Source: Melittangium boletus DSM 14713
Lineage (GTDB): Bacteria > Myxococcota > Myxococcia > Myxococcales > Myxococcaceae
Direction of reading: 5' to 3'
NCBI RefSeq assembly: GCF_002305855.1
Contig: NZ_CP022163.1
Location: forward strand, 7,003,765-7,067,764
DNA length: 64,000 nt
Every line of letters starts with the position of its first letter. Within the stretch, counting starts at the first letter, position 1. The translations under genes were made by a program, and so were the position numbers. The notes beneath the pieces are model-generated. The model made no database searches. It was not told the origin of the DNA and saw only the letters and a program-made list of their open reading frames with translations. Below, in pieces: positions 60,731-64,000 of the stretch.

Positions 60731-61402
60731 CTACAAGGGGCTCGTCTGCACCTGGCGCGGCGCTGCTGGCTCCAACAGCATTCCCTCGGACAGCCGCACG
60801 GTATCGCCCAGGAAGTAGTAACCCCACAGTCTGCCGCTCACGTGGACTCCCTGTCCCTCGCGCAGTTGCTCGAGCTGGGCGTTGTAGAGGGGATCGAAGT
60901 TCACCTGCACCTTCAACGTCTGGCCCTCCTCGGGCCGGAGCACGAGTTGACTGGCGATCCCCTCGTTTGCATGGACCTCCTCCACGCGCCCCTTCCAGGA
61001 CACCCAGTGCCCCTCGTACTTCTCGCGCCATTCCTGCTTGCGCTGCGCGAGGGAGCGGTCCCCGGCATCGCGCATGTCCATGAACACCTGCATCGCCGCG
61101 ATGTCTTCCGCTGGGCGTTGCGCGACGGGGGGCGGTCGCGCGCTGTATTTCGGCGCGTCCATTCTGATGGCGTACCTCGTCTCGTGGAGCGTCCCGAAGA
61201 CGCCCAGTGGAGCGCAGCACATGAGGCTCACGAGGCCCAGAGCGCTCTTGAGGAGGGTGCGGCCTGAGAAACGGCGGGGGGCCTCTTTCTCGGACGCGGA
61301 GCGGGATTCACCCAGGCGGTCCGGTTCGCAGTAGTGACAGAACGAGGTGCCCGCGGCCAGGGGCGCATTGCAATTGGCGCACCGGTTTTTTCGCATCTGC
61401 AT
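60731..61402 (-). CDS. Zinc-ribbon membrane protein, hypothetical
   Basis: 'CANCNAPLAAGTSFCHYCEP' is a zinc ribbon. It is followed by one TM helix ('ALGLVSLMCCAPLGVFG') and a C-terminal domain. Confidence 0.5.
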   Translation of the reverse strand: MQMRKNRCANCNAPLAAGTSFCHYCEPDRLGESRSASEKEAPRRFSGRTLLKSALGLVSLMCCAPLGVFGTLHETRYAIRMDAPKYSARPPPVAQRPAEDIAAMQVFMDMRDAGDRSLAQRKQEWREKYEGHWVSWKGRVEEVHANEGIASQLVLRPEEGQTLKVQVNFDPLYNAQLEQLREGQGVHVSGRLWGYYFLGDTVRLSEGMLLEPAAPRQVQTSPL

Positions 61403-61446
61403 GGCGCACCCTACCACCGCCGCGAGCGCTCCTGGCCCGCTGAGAC

Positions 61447-61503
61447 TCGAGTCGGAAAAAGCGAAGGGCCTGGAACTCCTGGAGGATGTCTCCAGGAGTT
61501 CCA
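61447..61503 (-). terminator. Rho-independent terminator downstream of tRNA-Gly
   Basis: Perfect 19-bp stem 'GGGCCTGGAACTCCTGGAG'/'CTCCAGGAGTTCCAGGCCC' with a 6-nt loop. Followed on the minus strand by 'CTTCGCTTTTTCC'. Confidence 0.55.
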
Positions 61504-61517
61504 GGCCCTTCATTCAG

Positions 61518-61590
61518 AGCGGCGGACCGGGTTCGAACCGGCGACCCCGAGCTTGGGAAGCTCGTGCTCTACCAGCTGAGCTACCACCGC
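61518..61590 (-). tRNA. tRNA-Gly (anticodon CCC)
   Basis: Reverse complement 'GCGGTGGTAGCTCAGCTGGTAGAGCACGAGCTTCCCAAGCTCGGGGTCGCCGGTTCGAACCCGGTCCGCCGCT' folds as a cloverleaf. 7-bp acceptor stem, D-arm GCTC/GAGC, anticodon loop TTCCCAA, T-arm GCCGG/CCGGT with TTCGAAC loop. CCA not encoded. Confidence 0.85.
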
Positions 61591-61657
61591 GCGGCAAGCA
61601 GGGGGAAAGTAGGGGGATGGACCCTGCTTGTCAACGAGCAAGTCGCGAGGGAGACGT

Positions 61658-63568
61658 CTAATCGCCTTCCTCGACGGTCAGTTGGTAGGAGTCCTGGAAG
61701 TTGGCCTCCCGGTTGCGGGCGTCCCGTACCTCCAGGATGTAGACGTCGGGCTCGGCGCTGTAGCGGATGACCTCGGGCTGGTCGCCCTTGGCGCGGTCCG
61801 ACGTCTGCACGAGCGACAGCTTGCCGTCCTCGCCCAGGCGGTGCAGGTACAGCCCCACGTCCACCTTGAGGATGCCCAGCAGGGTGGCCTTGAGCGCCGT
61901 GCGCACGGGCCGGTCCGATAGATCCAACCGGTAGTAGTCCACGTCCTTGAGGGGGTAGACGGTGCCGCGCACCGCCCGGCCCAGGGTCAGCTCCGTGGCG
62001 CGATCCGCGGAGTTGTTGGGCTCGCGCTCCTGGCTACCGTCGTCGGGCACGGTGGTGATGGACAGGCGGTAGGGCTGCTCGGCGTTCTCGTAGTCGCGCA
62101 CCCACTTGCCCTCCACCTTGCGCGACGCGCTCTGGACGCGGAAGTAGCACGCGCCGCTGCACGCCACGTTGTTGAGGCGCTCGGGCTCCTTGATGGCGCC
62201 ATCGTTGGCGCGCTGGAGCACCGTCTCCTTCTGGTTCTCGCCCTCGGGGGGTTGAATCACGGACAGTTCCAGATCCATGCGCTCCACGCCGGACAGCTCC
62301 ACCCGGGCGAGCACGGGCTCCGAGGTCTTCAGCACGAAGTGGTCCACGTCGCCCTTGGGGGACAGGAAGCCTTCCTTGTAGCCGGCCAGCGGCAGCGGCG
62401 TGGCCTTGTACAGCTCCTCGTTGGGTTCGAGCTCCGCGTTGGCTCCGGCCTCTTCCTGCGTCACCGTGAGCGTGTAGGCCTTTTCCGGGTTGAAGCCCCG
62501 CTTCGCGTCCTTGCCGGTGCCGGACCACCCGCTCTTGACCACCAGGTACACCACGCGATCGCTCGCCCGGACGCCGACGTTGCGCAGGGACAGCGCCTCG
62601 CCCTCGTTGCCCTTCGTGGTGAAGAGGGGCGCCTCGGCGGCCGTGAGCACGGACAACTCCGGGCGGACGCCCTCGATGCCGCCCAGGTCGATCTTCAGCG
62701 CCACCATGGGGGGCTCCACGGGCAGGGGAGCGGGGGCGGGCGTGGCCGGAGACGGTGCCTGTGGGGGCACGGGGATGGGAACCTCGAGCGGCGGCATGTT
62801 CTCCGCCGGGGGCGGTGTGCCGGTGGCGGACTCTTCCGAGGGGGTGCCCGGCTCCGGGGACACACCGCCTTCGGAGGGCGGGGGCTCGGCGGCGGGCGGA
62901 GGCGTCGCGGGAGGCGGCTGGGTGGCCCCCGCCGCGTCCGGAGGAGGCGTGGGGAGGGCGGGCTCGGGAAGCTCCAGCCGGTACCAGTCCTCATCTCCCG
63001 CGTGGCCGATGAATCCCGCCACGGCCTGCCCGAGCTGCAGCGGAGTGGCGTCCACGGCCCGGTCATTGGGCTCGCGCTCCACGCCGTCCTCGGGCGCGTG
63101 GTAGCGCACCTCGAGCGTGTAGGCACCGCCGGTGCCCTTGCGCGCCGAGGCCACCCGCACCCAGCGCTCGTGCTCGACGAAGAGGTTGGGGAAGCGCTCG
63201 GGCTTGCCCACGCCCGCGCTGTTGATGCTGGCGCTGCGCACGCCAGGGGCGTCGTACACCTCGAGCAACACGTCTCCGCCGGGGATGCCGGAGACGCTCA
63301 CGTCCGCCACCCGGGGGTTGGCCGGGGCGAGCCGGTACCAATCCTCATCGGGCTTGGAGGGATCCGCGCCCAGACTGGCGCTCACCGTCGCGTCCTTCGC
63401 GACGACGAGGGCCTGTTCGGGCCGCTCGTTGGGCTCCTTCTCGCTGAGCTGCTCGGGTCCGGTTTCCACGGGACCCGCATCGGGGGTCTCGGTCTCCTGC
63501 TCCTTCGAGCAGCCACTCGGGCAGCCCGCGAGAAGCAGGCACAGCCATACCCCACCCAGACGTCGCAT
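61658..63568 (-). CDS. Lipoprotein with four PPC/pre-peptidase-C-terminal-like beta-sandwich domains and a Pro-rich linker
   Basis: Lipobox 'WLCLLLAGCPSGC'. Four repeats of 'EPN(D/E)...A(T/D)xL.LG..V.G.I...GDxDWYRL' ('EPNERPEQALVV...DEDWYRL', 'EPNDRAVDATPLQLGQAVAGFIGHAGDEDWYRL', 'EPNEELYKATPL...GDVDHFVL', 'EPNNSADRATELTLGRAVRGTVYPLKDVDYYRL'). Confidence 0.65.
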   Translation of the reverse strand: MRRLGGVWLCLLLAGCPSGCSKEQETETPDAGPVETGPEQLSEKEPNERPEQALVVAKDATVSASLGADPSKPDEDWYRLAPANPRVADVSVSGIPGGDVLLEVYDAPGVRSASINSAGVGKPERFPNLFVEHERWVRVASARKGTGGAYTLEVRYHAPEDGVEREPNDRAVDATPLQLGQAVAGFIGHAGDEDWYRLELPEPALPTPPPDAAGATQPPPATPPPAAEPPPSEGGVSPEPGTPSEESATGTPPPAENMPPLEVPIPVPPQAPSPATPAPAPLPVEPPMVALKIDLGGIEGVRPELSVLTAAEAPLFTTKGNEGEALSLRNVGVRASDRVVYLVVKSGWSGTGKDAKRGFNPEKAYTLTVTQEEAGANAELEPNEELYKATPLPLAGYKEGFLSPKGDVDHFVLKTSEPVLARVELSGVERMDLELSVIQPPEGENQKETVLQRANDGAIKEPERLNNVACSGACYFRVQSASRKVEGKWVRDYENAEQPYRLSITTVPDDGSQEREPNNSADRATELTLGRAVRGTVYPLKDVDYYRLDLSDRPVRTALKATLLGILKVDVGLYLHRLGEDGKLSLVQTSDRAKGDQPEVIRYSAEPDVYILEVRDARNREANFQDSYQLTVEEGD

Positions 63569-63760
63569 TCCGTTCCCTCTTGGCATTCGGGTGCCTACTC
63601 AATCCCCTGGCACCCGGGTGTCAAGGATCGCCAACAGGCGGCCTGACGCTTTCATCCCAGGAGGAGGAGCGGCGAGAGGGCGGAGCGCGGGTATGACCGG
63701 CCCCTCTTCGAGAAGGGGACCGGGGGCGGGCGAGAGAGAGGCCGCCTTGCGAGAGGGAGA

Positions 63761-64000
63761 TCAGCCCGCCGCTGACTTCTTGTTCCTGCTGAAGTTGCGG
63801 AAGAAGTGGATGATCTGCTGCTCGGCTTTCTTGGCGTCGGTGGCGTCGGCGAATTCGGATTCGAGGAAGATGCCGCCGCACGACTCGCAGGTGTCGTAGC
63901 TCAACGGGTGTTGACGGTCTCCACCATCGACCCGGACGAGATCCACCTGGCATTCAGGGCACTGGCCGGTCAGCGCGTCCGCGTCGACCTTGCCTCCTTG
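63761..64000 (-). CDS. zf-TFIIB-type zinc-ribbon protein, C-terminal part (start outside window)
   Basis: Open frame to the window edge. '...GQCPECQVDLVRVDGGDRQHPLSYDTCESCGGIFLESEFAD' resembles PF13453 (CPxC...CxxCGGxWLD). Confidence 0.45.
   Translation of the reverse strand, partial: QGGKVDADALTGQCPECQVDLVRVDGGDRQHPLSYDTCESCGGIFLESEFADATDAKKAEQQIIHFFRNFSRNKKSAAG

Noticed and set aside
62252-63646. 464-aa plus ORF
   Set aside because: Antisense to the PPC-domain lipoprotein.

Overview
High-GC (~69-70%) chromosomal segment, most likely from a myxobacterium (Myxococcus/Corallococcus-like). Nearly all the long ORFs that run antisense to the genes below are GC-driven artefacts. The first ~3.7 kb is the 5' end of an NRPS gene on the minus strand: a starter C domain followed by an A domain, running off the window edge. 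It is noticeably GC-richer than the rest. It ends at a transposase remnant, followed by a decayed accessory stretch: two divergent YD-repeat lipoprotein paralogs, an SDR pseudogene, a DUF4114 fragment and a frameshifted choice-of-anchor-A fragment. The core genome part contains a copper-related block (EamA, MarR, a DAC-like protein, GST, a LOG-family protein, a P1B-type ATPase with a convergent CorE-like ECF sigma factor, and a copper amine oxidase) next to rtcR with a sigma-54 promoter driving rtcB-rtcA. Further on are yebC-ruvC-ruvA, a dksA-like gene, a bacterial major vault protein homolog and an MBL hydrolase, then ruvB, lpxC, a dsbA-like gene, pyrF, pepA, and a TauE/DUF1634 pair. Then come an MNIO (DUF692)/DUF2063 RiPP-like operon with a small Cys/Gly-rich secreted precursor, a large lipoprotein with C-terminal knottin-like repeats, serC, an M13 peptidase, a radical SAM protein, tRNA-Gly(CCC), and a lipoprotein with four PPC-type domains. 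Most notable are two low-GC lipoprotein toxin/immunity cassettes that resemble myxobacterial SitA/SitI outer-membrane-exchange toxins. One is a Tox-GHH nuclease lipoprotein with a SUKH/SMI1-KNR4 immunity gene. Each sits next to a copy of a ~150-180 bp element with terminal inverted repeats. The second cassette lies between ~96%-identical direct repeats of the 3' part of a DUF952 gene, the signature of a Campbell-type insertion.
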